A DNA stretch of 64,000 nt, taken from an uncultured virus (IMG/VR IMGVR_UViG_3300032167_007852) (taxonomy: Duplodnaviria; Heunggongvirae; Uroviricota; Caudoviricetes). The DNA lies in IMG/VR virus record IMGVR_UViG_3300032167_007852, positions 62,001 to 126,000 of that record; one strand, written 5' to 3'. Position numbers and translations under genes: made by a program. The notes under the pieces were generated by a model that was not told the origin of the DNA, made no database searches, and was given only the letters and a program-made list of their open reading frames with translations. Below, in pieces: positions 1 to 7,866 of this stretch (the stretch's first letter is position 1; each line of letters starts with the position of its first letter).

Positions 1-16
1 AGGTATTAATTTACTA

Positions 17-436
17 ATGAATGCTACAATTTCATACTTTTGCGAAGATGATGAAGGTACTGTTTTAGTAGAATTATTCAATAAAGCCTACGATATAGGA
101 CTTGAGAATGAAGATGGTATAATATTAACCTATATTAACCTTACAGGTAGTTATAGTAAAATAACAATAGATGATTTAACTTATCCTATAAATTATACAT
201 CTTATTCAGAATATAATGATTATACACTAGAAGAATTAGAGGAACAACTTTATGTTATATATCACGATTTCTATTCTAAAGGTATTTATTATGATCCTGT
301 AGTTATAATGATACACGATGCAACTAAAATGTGTGATGATAATGATGATTATGAATTGATAAGATATATAAATGATAAATTAGCTTTATTAGAAGTTATG
401 AGAGTTTATATATTCTGCACAGTAAGAGATAGATAG
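17..436 (+). CDS. hypothetical protein (acidic)
   Basis: 139-aa ORF preceded by AGGT; no recognisable motif. Confidence 0.6.
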   Translation: MNATISYFCEDDEGTVLVELFNKAYDIGLENEDGIILTYINLTGSYSKITIDDLTYPINYTSYSEYNDYTLEELEEQLYVIYHDFYSKGIYYDPVVIMIHDATKMCDDNDDYELIRYINDKLALLEVMRVYIFCTVRDR

Positions 437-489
437 AAAATAATAAATAATATAACAAATAAATATAAAAAATAAGGGAGGTAATATTT

Positions 490-1227
490 ATGATGAGAGT
501 TATGTTTGCTACAATTCAATCCGAAAGCGGTCTACATTTATTAGGATTATGGCACATATGTTTATTGGTCGGAAGTTTTACCTTTTTAAATTGGATGGTT
601 AAATATCAAAAACAAAATATTTTTATTGAAAAAATATCAACTTTATTTATATTAGGATTACAAATTATATTATATGGTTGGTATATAATAGGACCTGAGA
701 GTTTGTTTCTAAAAGGATTACCTCTGTATACATGTAGAATAGTGTTGTATTTATTTACAATAGGCATATTTTGTAATAATAAGTTTTGTCTAAAATTAGG
801 TAGTTATTGGGGATTTTATGGGGGTATAGCAGGGTTAATATTCCCTACAATATTTAAATATCCTTTCCCGCATATATTACAAATAACAACTGTATTATTA
901 CACGTATATATTATGTTAATATCAGGCAACTATCTGTTTGTCAAAAAGATTGGTTCAACTAGAGAGGATGTAAAAATGTGTTGTATAATAACAACTATTT
1001 TGTTAACGATTAATACAATAATTAATTTTATATTCGGCACAAATTATACATCGACAACTAGAATGCCATTACATTTAATAAATTTAGGTATAAATATTCC
1101 AATTCAGTTTTGTTATTTAGCAGTTGTATTAGGTTATATTATAGTAACTATATTTCAACATTGGGTTGTTGGAAGAGTAAATAGTAAATATGAACCTATT
1201 ATAACTACAAAGGAGGTATCTAAATGA
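490..1227 (+). CDS. YwaF/TMEM164-like integral membrane protein
   Basis: about 6-7 hydrophobic segments; LPLYTCR and FPH..Q....LH motifs; GGGAGG SD. Confidence 0.65.
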   Translation: MMRVMFATIQSESGLHLLGLWHICLLVGSFTFLNWMVKYQKQNIFIEKISTLFILGLQIILYGWYIIGPESLFLKGLPLYTCRIVLYLFTIGIFCNNKFCLKLGSYWGFYGGIAGLIFPTIFKYPFPHILQITTVLLHVYIMLISGNYLFVKKIGSTREDVKMCCIITTILLTINTIINFIFGTNYTSTTRMPLHLINLGINIPIQFCYLAVVLGYIIVTIFQHWVVGRVNSKYEPIITTKEVSK

Positions 1228-1400
1228 TTCCTGTAAATATTTTAATATTATTAATTATATTTGTAATATTATATATTATAGGTGCTGGATTAACAGTTTA
1301 TGCATTCATTAAAAGTATTCAAGATAAAAAAATAGCAACAACTATAATTTCATTTATAATAATAACATTTTACGTTGTATTTTATTTATTATTAGTATAA
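1224..1400 (+). CDS. small two-TM membrane protein (58 aa, not in ORF track)
   Basis: AGGAGG SD; ATG overlaps the upstream stop; MIPVNILILLIIFVILYIIGAGLTVYAF...FYVVFYLLLV*. Confidence 0.65.
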   Translation: MIPVNILILLIIFVILYIIGAGLTVYAFIKSIQDKKIATTIISFIIITFYVVFYLLLV

Positions 1401-1402
1401 TT

Positions 1403-1434
1403 GTTAATAAGGATATAATCCTTATTAACTTTTT
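1403..1434 (+). terminator. intrinsic terminator
   Basis: GTTAATAAGGA/TCCTTATTAAC stem followed by a T run. Confidence 0.7.
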
Positions 1435-1445
1435 ATTTGTTTAAT

Positions 1446-1457
1446 AACAACTAATTA
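1446..1457 (+). promoter_or_regulatory. AACA-N6-TA (late-type) promoter of the recA-like gene
   Basis: AACA-ACTAAT-TA about 35 nt upstream of the ATG. Confidence 0.55.
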
Positions 1458-1492
1458 TATTTATAATAAAAAATATAAGGAGGTAATTAATT

Positions 1493-2788
1493 ATGGCAAA
1501 TCCTTTATTAAGTGCGTTAAGAGAGAATGATAAAGAAGGTTTATTTAATGCATCACCAGCAATGGTATGTTATCCAACAGGGATACCAACATTAGATTAT
1601 CAATTAGGATATACATTAGTATCTAAAGATAGTAATGGAGCAGTAACTGGGACACATGATTGTCTTGGTTTAGTTGGTGGTAGTTTTATAACTATCATAG
1701 GAAAATCAGGAACTGCTAAAACAGCGATAGCATGTAAAATGGGAGCTGAAATAGTTAAAAATCATAAATCAAGTTTCGTTTTACATTATGATTTAGAACA
1801 AGCATTAAACCCAACAAGGGTTATGAATGTAACAGGATTAACAAATGCAGAATATATGGACCATTATGTATTAAAATCTTCACGTTCATATATTGAAGAT
1901 ATATTTGATACGATTATGGATATAGCAAATGAAAAGCAAAAGAATAAAAAACTTTATCAGTATACAACTGATTTTAAAGATGAGTTTGGTCAACCAATAA
2001 CATTATATGAACCAACTGTCTTTATAATAGATTCGATACCGGTATTGGCTACAAGACCAGATCAAAAGAAAGTTAAAGCTAAGAAAGGTTCAGGTCAAGA
2101 AGATTATTATGTTGAAGACCAAGAAATAGAAGGTCAAACATATGCAATGAGGGTTGCAAGAGCATTAAAGCAATTCTTTAGTAGATTAATACCTATAATA
2201 AAAGAGTTTAATATAACTATAATAAGTATTAACCATATAAATCAAAAGATAGAAATAAATCCATTTGCAAAATCACAAGCACAAGTTTTATATCTAAAGC
2301 AAGATGAAAGTTTGCCTGGAGGAAATGCTCCAATATATTTTGCTAACACATTAATAAAACATGTTGCAGTGGGAAGTTCTAAATGTACGGTAGAAGAAGA
2401 TGGATATTCAGGATTTAGAATAAATGCAGAGATAATAAAATCTAGAACAAATATATCTGGAGCAAAAGTTCCAATGATATATGATCAAGATCATGGATTT
2501 AGTATGGAAAGATCATTATTAGAGTATGCAAGAGATTTAGGATTAATAAATGGAGCTAGGGTAGCAGCTAGATATCTTGGGGATGATGATAGTGTTAAAT
2601 TTAATGAAAAGGATATAGTAAATGAATATCGGAATAGAGAAGAAGTTAGAGCGGCATTTGATAAATGGGTATATCCACATTTAGAAGCTTTATTATCAAG
2701 AGTTAATAAAGATGAAGAAAAAGAAATGATGGAAAATAACGAGGGGATAAATAATGACGCATTAATGAAACTTGTGAATGAAGACTAG
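1493..2788 (+). CDS. recA: RecA/UvsX-like recombinase
   Basis: Walker A GKSGTAKT, YDLEQA, Walker B FIIDS, SINH, PGGNAPIYFA, IKSR. Confidence 0.85.
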   Translation: MANPLLSALRENDKEGLFNASPAMVCYPTGIPTLDYQLGYTLVSKDSNGAVTGTHDCLGLVGGSFITIIGKSGTAKTAIACKMGAEIVKNHKSSFVLHYDLEQALNPTRVMNVTGLTNAEYMDHYVLKSSRSYIEDIFDTIMDIANEKQKNKKLYQYTTDFKDEFGQPITLYEPTVFIIDSIPVLATRPDQKKVKAKKGSGQEDYYVEDQEIEGQTYAMRVARALKQFFSRLIPIIKEFNITIISINHINQKIEINPFAKSQAQVLYLKQDESLPGGNAPIYFANTLIKHVAVGSSKCTVEEDGYSGFRINAEIIKSRTNISGAKVPMIYDQDHGFSMERSLLEYARDLGLINGARVAARYLGDDDSVKFNEKDIVNEYRNREEVRAAFDKWVYPHLEALLSRVNKDEEKEMMENNEGINNDALMKLVNED

Positions 2789-2816
2789 ACGGATGATTAA
2801 TTTCATCCGTCTTTTT
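2787..2816 (+). terminator. intrinsic terminator
   Basis: AGACGGATGA/TCATCCGTCT stem followed by a T run. Confidence 0.8.
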
Positions 2817-2820
2817 ATAG

Positions 2821-2860
2821 TGTAAAAAGGTATTATTTCAATTATATATTATATTTGTGA
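2821..2860 (+). promoter_or_regulatory. phage early-type promoter motif, copy 1
   Basis: TGTAA-N10-TTTCAAT-TATATATTATA-TTT-GTGA; the same motif occurs 9 times in the window upstream of operons. Confidence 0.75.
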
Positions 2861-2885
2861 ATAAAATAAATTTGGAGGTTGAGTT

Positions 2886-3221
2886 ATGATAGATATAATA
2901 TATGATGATAATGCTATAAAATTATTTGGAGTAGCAACTCCAGGAACTAGAGTTATAACTTATAACGATACACCTGTAGGTATAATAGATTATTATATAA
3001 GAGGTGAGAAAATTCATATTTGTTATATTAAGATAGGTGATGAATATAGAAGAAAAGGTTTAGCTTCTAAAGTTATAAACAGATTTAAAGAAAATCATAA
3101 AGGTAAGTATATAACTGGTGATTCATTACCAGGTGCTATTAAGTTTTGGGAAAGCATGGGAGCAGAATTTTATGAAGATCCAGATGATGATTATTGTACA
3201 CCATTTATAATAGAATTCTAG
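2886..3221 (+). CDS. GNAT-family acetyltransferase (paralog 1)
   Basis: acetyl-CoA motif YRRKGLASKVI and AIKFWESMG. Confidence 0.8.
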   Translation: MIDIIYDDNAIKLFGVATPGTRVITYNDTPVGIIDYYIRGEKIHICYIKIGDEYRRKGLASKVINRFKENHKGKYITGDSLPGAIKFWESMGAEFYEDPDDDYCTPFIIEF

Positions 3222-3231
3222 GAGGTTGTAT

Positions 3232-3546
3232 ATGATTAAACTAATATTAACCAATACAGTTAAAGATAGGTATTATATTTATTTGAATGACGACGTAGTT
3301 GGTGTATTAGAATATATAGATTATGGAGATGAGATAGAGATAAAGTATATAAAGATTCATAAAGAATATAGGCGTATGGGTATAGCTACAAGAGTTATTA
3401 ATGAATTAAAGAAAGAAAATGTACCAATAACTGGTGACGCATTACCAGAAGCAATTGAGTTTTGGAAATCAATGAATGTACAATTCTATGACGCATTTGA
3501 TAATGATGATGTAATATTAACACCATTTATATTAAAAAATTATTAG
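3232..3546 (+). CDS. GNAT-family acetyltransferase (paralog 2)
   Basis: YRRMGIATRVI, ITGDALPEAIEFWKSM; start chosen from the GGAGG SD. Confidence 0.8.
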   Translation: MIKLILTNTVKDRYYIYLNDDVVGVLEYIDYGDEIEIKYIKIHKEYRRMGIATRVINELKKENVPITGDALPEAIEFWKSMNVQFYDAFDNDDVILTPFILKNY

Positions 3547-3558
3547 GAGGTTGTGTGT

Positions 3559-3906
3559 ATGAATATAAAATTTGGAGAAAGATATTACGATGAATGGCTT
3601 GGGGAAGTATATAGCATATTATTAGATGGTGAAGAAATTGGTGCAGTTGATTATATAGAAGAAGGCGATGAAGTATATGTTAGAGTATTATCAATTGCTT
3701 ATCATCTTAGAGATTTCAAACTTTTTGAAGGAGCTGTTAATATATTAAAATCTATGTTCCCAGGAAAGAAATTAACAGGTTTAGCAGGACCAGTAGGATG
3801 CTATTGTGGAGATCCAAAAGATTGGGAAGCGTTAGGAGCAATAACTTATCCAGATCCAGATGATTATATATTTACAGTATTTGAATTAGAAATCGAGGAG
3901 GCTTAA
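3559..3906 (+). CDS. degenerate GNAT-like paralog 3
   Basis: same layout (IGAVDY..., LTG, WEALGA, PDDY) but lacks the R-x-x-G-x-A motif. Confidence 0.55.
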   Translation: MNIKFGERYYDEWLGEVYSILLDGEEIGAVDYIEEGDEVYVRVLSIAYHLRDFKLFEGAVNILKSMFPGKKLTGLAGPVGCYCGDPKDWEALGAITYPDPDDYIFTVFELEIEEA

Positions 3907-3907
3907 T

Positions 3908-4057
3908 ATGATAGATATGGATCAATCAGTTTATCTTTGTTGTGAAGAATGTGAAAGTCAATTAGAAGAAATTGAAGAAATTTCTAATGAAGAAGGTAGA
4001 TGTAGATTCATATCATATTACAAATGTGAAAATTGTGGAAAAATTTATAATTATTAG
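3908..4057 (+). CDS. 49-aa zinc-ribbon protein (CxxC-x24-CxxC), not in ORF track
   Basis: GAGGAGG SD; MIDMDQSVYLCCEECESQLEEIEEISNEEGRCRFISYYKCENCGKIYNY*; fills the gap between GNAT3 and RNAP beta-C. Confidence 0.75.
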   Translation: MIDMDQSVYLCCEECESQLEEIEEISNEEGRCRFISYYKCENCGKIYNY

Positions 4058-4070
4058 GGAGGTAATGTAT

Positions 4071-6356
4071 ATGGCTAGAGAAAAGAAAAATGAACAAGTA
4101 AATGTTAAATTTAATAGTGATAATGCGTTCTTAAAAGAACAACTTCAAGAACTTGAAGAGAAGTATTACGGTAAAGATGATATCTTTGGTATGACAGCTT
4201 TAACAAGAATAGGTTATATCTCTGGGAACAGGGGTATCATGACAACAGGACATCTTAAACAAGCTATGACACCAATCAATCCTCAATTCCCTAAAGTGTT
4301 TACAGAATATGAAAACATGGTAGGGAAGAATTCAACAGGGATTCAAAAAGCTAAAAGAGAATGGAGAATAGTTGATAAGATATATAAATTTGAAGAAGGA
4401 AATCATCTTTATACGTTAGTAGTTAAAGATGAGGCTACAGGATATTATGATGTTATACAAAAGAAATTAGTAGAAGATTTAACAGAAAAATTTGGATTCA
4501 GATATAACACAGACGAATTAGATAAGTATCAAGTTGGAGATTTGATTCCAAAAGATTCAGTATTATATAAATCAACTTCATATGATGAATATAACAATTA
4601 TAGATTTGGAGTTAATGCAACATTCTGTTATACATCTGATGTAAGAACTACAGAAGATGCTATTCTAGTAAGTGAATCATTTGCAGATAGTTTCAGATGT
4701 GTTGAAGTTGAGAATATCAAAGTGTCAATAAATGACAACGACGTGTTATTAAATCTTTATGGTGATGAGAATAATTATAAATGTTTTCCAGATGTTGGAG
4801 AATATATAAATGACGCAATAATATGTGCAACTAGAAGGATAAACAATGAACAAATCTTTTACGATTTTAAAGAAACAAATTTAAGAAAGATAAACTTTGG
4901 AGAAGATGTTCTATGTATAGAACATGGATATGGAGGTAAGATAATAGACATTAGAGTATATTCTAATAAAACGTTAGAAGAAATGGGATTAAATGAATAT
5001 CATGAGCAAGTTAATAAGTATTTCAAAAATGAACAAAGATATTATCAAGAAATGATTGAAGCAACTCAAGATATAGTAATGGATAATAAAGAGCATAGTA
5101 GAAACTTCAACTATATGTATAAGAAAAGTAAAGATATTCTAAATGAAAATGTTAAATGGAGTGAGCAACAAGGAAAGAAACCATTTAGTAATATCATAAT
5201 AGAATTCACAGTTGAAAGAGAAGTTCCATTAAAAGAAGGAAGTAAGATAACAGGGTTATTTGGTAATAAAGGTGTTATATCTAAGATAGTTCCAGATGAT
5301 GAAATGCCAGTATTAGAAAATGGAAAAGTTGTAGATGTATTATTTAACTGCTTAGGTGTTATCAACCGTCTTAATTCATTCCAATTATTTGAACAGTCAA
5401 TAAACTTTATAATGAATAGAACTATAGATAGAATTAAAACATTAGAAACTGATGATCAAAGAGCAAGTGTAATATTTACAATGATAAGTCATTTTAATAC
5501 AAGACAAGCAAAAGAAATGGGAGAGATGTATGCTAAATTAGATAAGGATGGAAGACAAGATTTCATTCAAGATGTTTATAAGAATGGAATATATGTACAC
5601 ATTCCACCATTCTGGCATGAAAGACCATTGTTTGATGTTATCACAGAAATTTATCAAAAGTATGATTGGTTAACTCCATATAAAGCATTCATTAAAAAGA
5701 ATGGAAGATATAGACCAATTATGAATAACTTAGTAGTAGGAGAAATGTATATCATAAGATTAAAACAAACAGCATCTAAAGGTTTAAGTACAAGATCTGT
5801 TGGTGGAGTGAATTTAATAGGGGTTCCTGTTAAAGATGCACAAGCTAAAGAGAATAAAATCTTATATAGTAAAACTCCTTGTAGATTAGGTCTTGATGAG
5901 GTTCTAAACTTATTAATAGGAATGGATCCATATGACCTAGCTAAGATGAGTATGAGTTATAGAAACTCAATTGAAGGAACTCATGATCTACCTGTTCAAT
6001 TATTAAAACAAGGTATGATTGATAAATTAAGAGATGATGATAAAGTTATCAATAGAAACATTGAAGTATTTAATGCATATCTTAAAACAATGGGATATAA
6101 ATTACAACAATCTGAAACAATTAAAGAAATTATCTTTGATTGTATAGACAACGATTTACACGAAAGAACATTACCTGATGGTGAGAAAGTTTTAGTTACA
6201 GATGAGAAGTATAAAGAACTTCTAATCAATTATAAAGTTGAGAAACATTTTGAAGAAGAGATATTCATAGGAACAATGGAAGAATTTGAAGAAAAGAAAA
6301 AAGAATTGTTTGACAAGTTTATGAAAGAAGCATCAGAAACAACTTTTGAACTATAG
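4071..6356 (+). CDS. rpoB: multisubunit RNA polymerase beta subunit, C-terminal half (probably the non-virion RNAP)
   Basis: HLKQA, EDAILVSES, GSKITGLFGNKGVISKIVPDDEMP, DVLFNCLGVINRLN, GEMYIIRLKQ; true start at 4071 after GGGAGG. Confidence 0.9.
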   Translation: MAREKKNEQVNVKFNSDNAFLKEQLQELEEKYYGKDDIFGMTALTRIGYISGNRGIMTTGHLKQAMTPINPQFPKVFTEYENMVGKNSTGIQKAKREWRIVDKIYKFEEGNHLYTLVVKDEATGYYDVIQKKLVEDLTEKFGFRYNTDELDKYQVGDLIPKDSVLYKSTSYDEYNNYRFGVNATFCYTSDVRTTEDAILVSESFADSFRCVEVENIKVSINDNDVLLNLYGDENNYKCFPDVGEYINDAIICATRRINNEQIFYDFKETNLRKINFGEDVLCIEHGYGGKIIDIRVYSNKTLEEMGLNEYHEQVNKYFKNEQRYYQEMIEATQDIVMDNKEHSRNFNYMYKKSKDILNENVKWSEQQGKKPFSNIIIEFTVEREVPLKEGSKITGLFGNKGVISKIVPDDEMPVLENGKVVDVLFNCLGVINRLNSFQLFEQSINFIMNRTIDRIKTLETDDQRASVIFTMISHFNTRQAKEMGEMYAKLDKDGRQDFIQDVYKNGIYVHIPPFWHERPLFDVITEIYQKYDWLTPYKAFIKKNGRYRPIMNNLVVGEMYIIRLKQTASKGLSTRSVGGVNLIGVPVKDAQAKENKILYSKTPCRLGLDEVLNLLIGMDPYDLAKMSMSYRNSIEGTHDLPVQLLKQGMIDKLRDDDKVINRNIEVFNAYLKTMGYKLQQSETIKEIIFDCIDNDLHERTLPDGEKVLVTDEKYKELLINYKVEKHFEEEIFIGTMEEFEEKKKELFDKFMKEASETTFEL

Positions 6357-6380
6357 GAGAAATCCTATAGTTCATTTTTT
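6348..6380 (+). terminator. intrinsic terminator
   Basis: GAACTATAGGA-GAAA-TCCTATAGTTC followed by a T run. Confidence 0.8.
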
Positions 6381-6384
6381 ATAG

Positions 6385-6403
6385 ACGGTATAACAATAAT
6401 GTA
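6385..6403 (+). promoter_or_regulatory. extended late-type promoter ACGGTAT-AACA-N6-TA
   Basis: the same ACRGTATAACA extension occurs at 10585 and 16103. Confidence 0.6.
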
Positions 6404-6430
6404 TCATAAAATTAAAGGAGGTAAATAATT

Positions 6431-6988
6431 ATGAAAGAAGCATTAGTTATAAATTTATTCGGTGGTCCAGGATGTGGTAAATCAACTACAATGGCTAGAT
6501 TATTCGCTGATTTAAAAACAAGAGGATATAATGTTGAAATGGTTTCTGAATTTGCTAAGGATTTAGTTTATGAACAAAGACAAGAAACCATGAAAGATGA
6601 ATTATATATCTTCGCAAAACAGCATCATAGATTATTTAGAGTTATTGATAAAGTTGATATAGTTATTACAGATAGACCGATATTATTAACTAATATTTAT
6701 GCCTCATTATATTTACCTGATGATGAATTTAGAAGTGATTTAAAAAGATTAGTTAGAACAGCATTTAATAAATTTAATAATTTAAACATAATGTTAAATA
6801 GAGAAGGAATCGAATACAAAACTGAAGGAAGATTACAAGATTTAGAACAATCTAAAGAAATAGATAACTTAACTTTAAAAGAATTAGTAATGTCTAGACA
6901 ATCATACGGTGTGGTAAATACAAATAACTATGATAGTATATTAGATAGAGTTTTAAACTGTTTGAACATGATGAGCTATGAGGAATAA
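6431..6988 (+). CDS. P-loop nucleotide kinase / AAA_28 (NadR-like) protein
   Basis: INLFGGPGCGKST, EFAKDL, ITDRP, EGRLQ. Confidence 0.75.
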   Translation: MKEALVINLFGGPGCGKSTTMARLFADLKTRGYNVEMVSEFAKDLVYEQRQETMKDELYIFAKQHHRLFRVIDKVDIVITDRPILLTNIYASLYLPDDEFRSDLKRLVRTAFNKFNNLNIMLNREGIEYKTEGRLQDLEQSKEIDNLTLKELVMSRQSYGVVNTNNYDSILDRVLNCLNMMSYEE

Positions 6989-7021
6989 ATCCTCATAGCT
7001 CTAATTTATATGTTCCAGATG

Positions 7022-7060
7022 TGTAAAACGTGAAATTTCAATACCATATTATAATAGTGA
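7022..7060 (+). promoter_or_regulatory. phage early-type promoter motif, copy 2
   Basis: TGTAA-N9-TTTCAATACCATATTATAATAGTGA. Confidence 0.75.
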
Positions 7061-7094
7061 AGTACAATAAAAATTATATTTGGAGGTAGTAATT

Positions 7095-7796
7095 ATGAAA
7101 AAATTTGAATTAGTATTAAAAGATAATGAGGAATTAATAGTTGATTGTGATGATTTAATGGAACAAGAATTAGTTAAATTTCATGAATCTATAAAAGGAT
7201 TAACTCTTAAAGAAGCTAGAAAATTTGAAAACTGGATAAAAGTTTACAAATTATTAAACTATGACATAATAGATGGATTAGAAGTTAATAAAGTTTATAG
7301 ATTTAGTAAATTTGCTGCAGTTATAGAATTAACATTCAGAGGTCATAAAGAATATGATTTATTAAATTTAAATCCAGAAACTATGACAGTAGCTGTAATG
7401 AACGTTAAAGAAAAATCAGTTAGACCTTATATAGTAAGAAGATTATTAATACCTCATACAGTAGAACAAGCATTAGCATTTGCAAAAGCTCCATTACCAG
7501 AAGAAGGTGTTAAAGCTGTAAGTAAAACAATAAAAGATTTAGAAGTTAATGGAAGTAAGTATGATGTAACAGAACATTTAAATCTTAATAATAATGAATT
7601 TAATCATGAAGAAGAACCTAAACAAGAAGAACCAAAAGTAACAGAAGAACCTAAACAAGAAGAAGTTATAGAAGAAAAACAACCAGAAGTTAAAGAAGAA
7701 GAATTTGATGCATTTAAAACTTGGAATGTTGTTAGAACAAGTGTAAATGAAAATGGAACTTTAAATTTAAAAGCATTATTTGCAGGATTAAGATAA
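7095..7796 (+). CDS. hypothetical early protein with an EEPK-repeat linker
   Basis: ORF with SD; EEPKQEE repeated. Confidence 0.7.
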   Translation: MKKFELVLKDNEELIVDCDDLMEQELVKFHESIKGLTLKEARKFENWIKVYKLLNYDIIDGLEVNKVYRFSKFAAVIELTFRGHKEYDLLNLNPETMTVAVMNVKEKSVRPYIVRRLLIPHTVEQALAFAKAPLPEEGVKAVSKTIKDLEVNGSKYDVTEHLNLNNNEFNHEEEPKQEEPKVTEEPKQEEVIEEKQPEVKEEEFDAFKTWNVVRTSVNENGTLNLKALFAGLR

Positions 7797-7818
7797 GAGC
7801 TTAGCTCTTATCTTTTTA
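7791..7818 (+). terminator. intrinsic terminator
   Basis: AGATAAGAGC/GCTCTTATCT stem followed by a T run. Confidence 0.7.
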
Positions 7819-7866
7819 TTTTGGCTGTGACAATTAATTATAAATTAAAAATTAGGAGGTAACATT

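Noticed and set aside
3972..4070. N-terminal extension of the RNAP beta-C ORF in the track
   Set aside because: It has no SD and overlaps the 49-aa zinc-ribbon gene in another frame; a strong SD supports a start at 4071.
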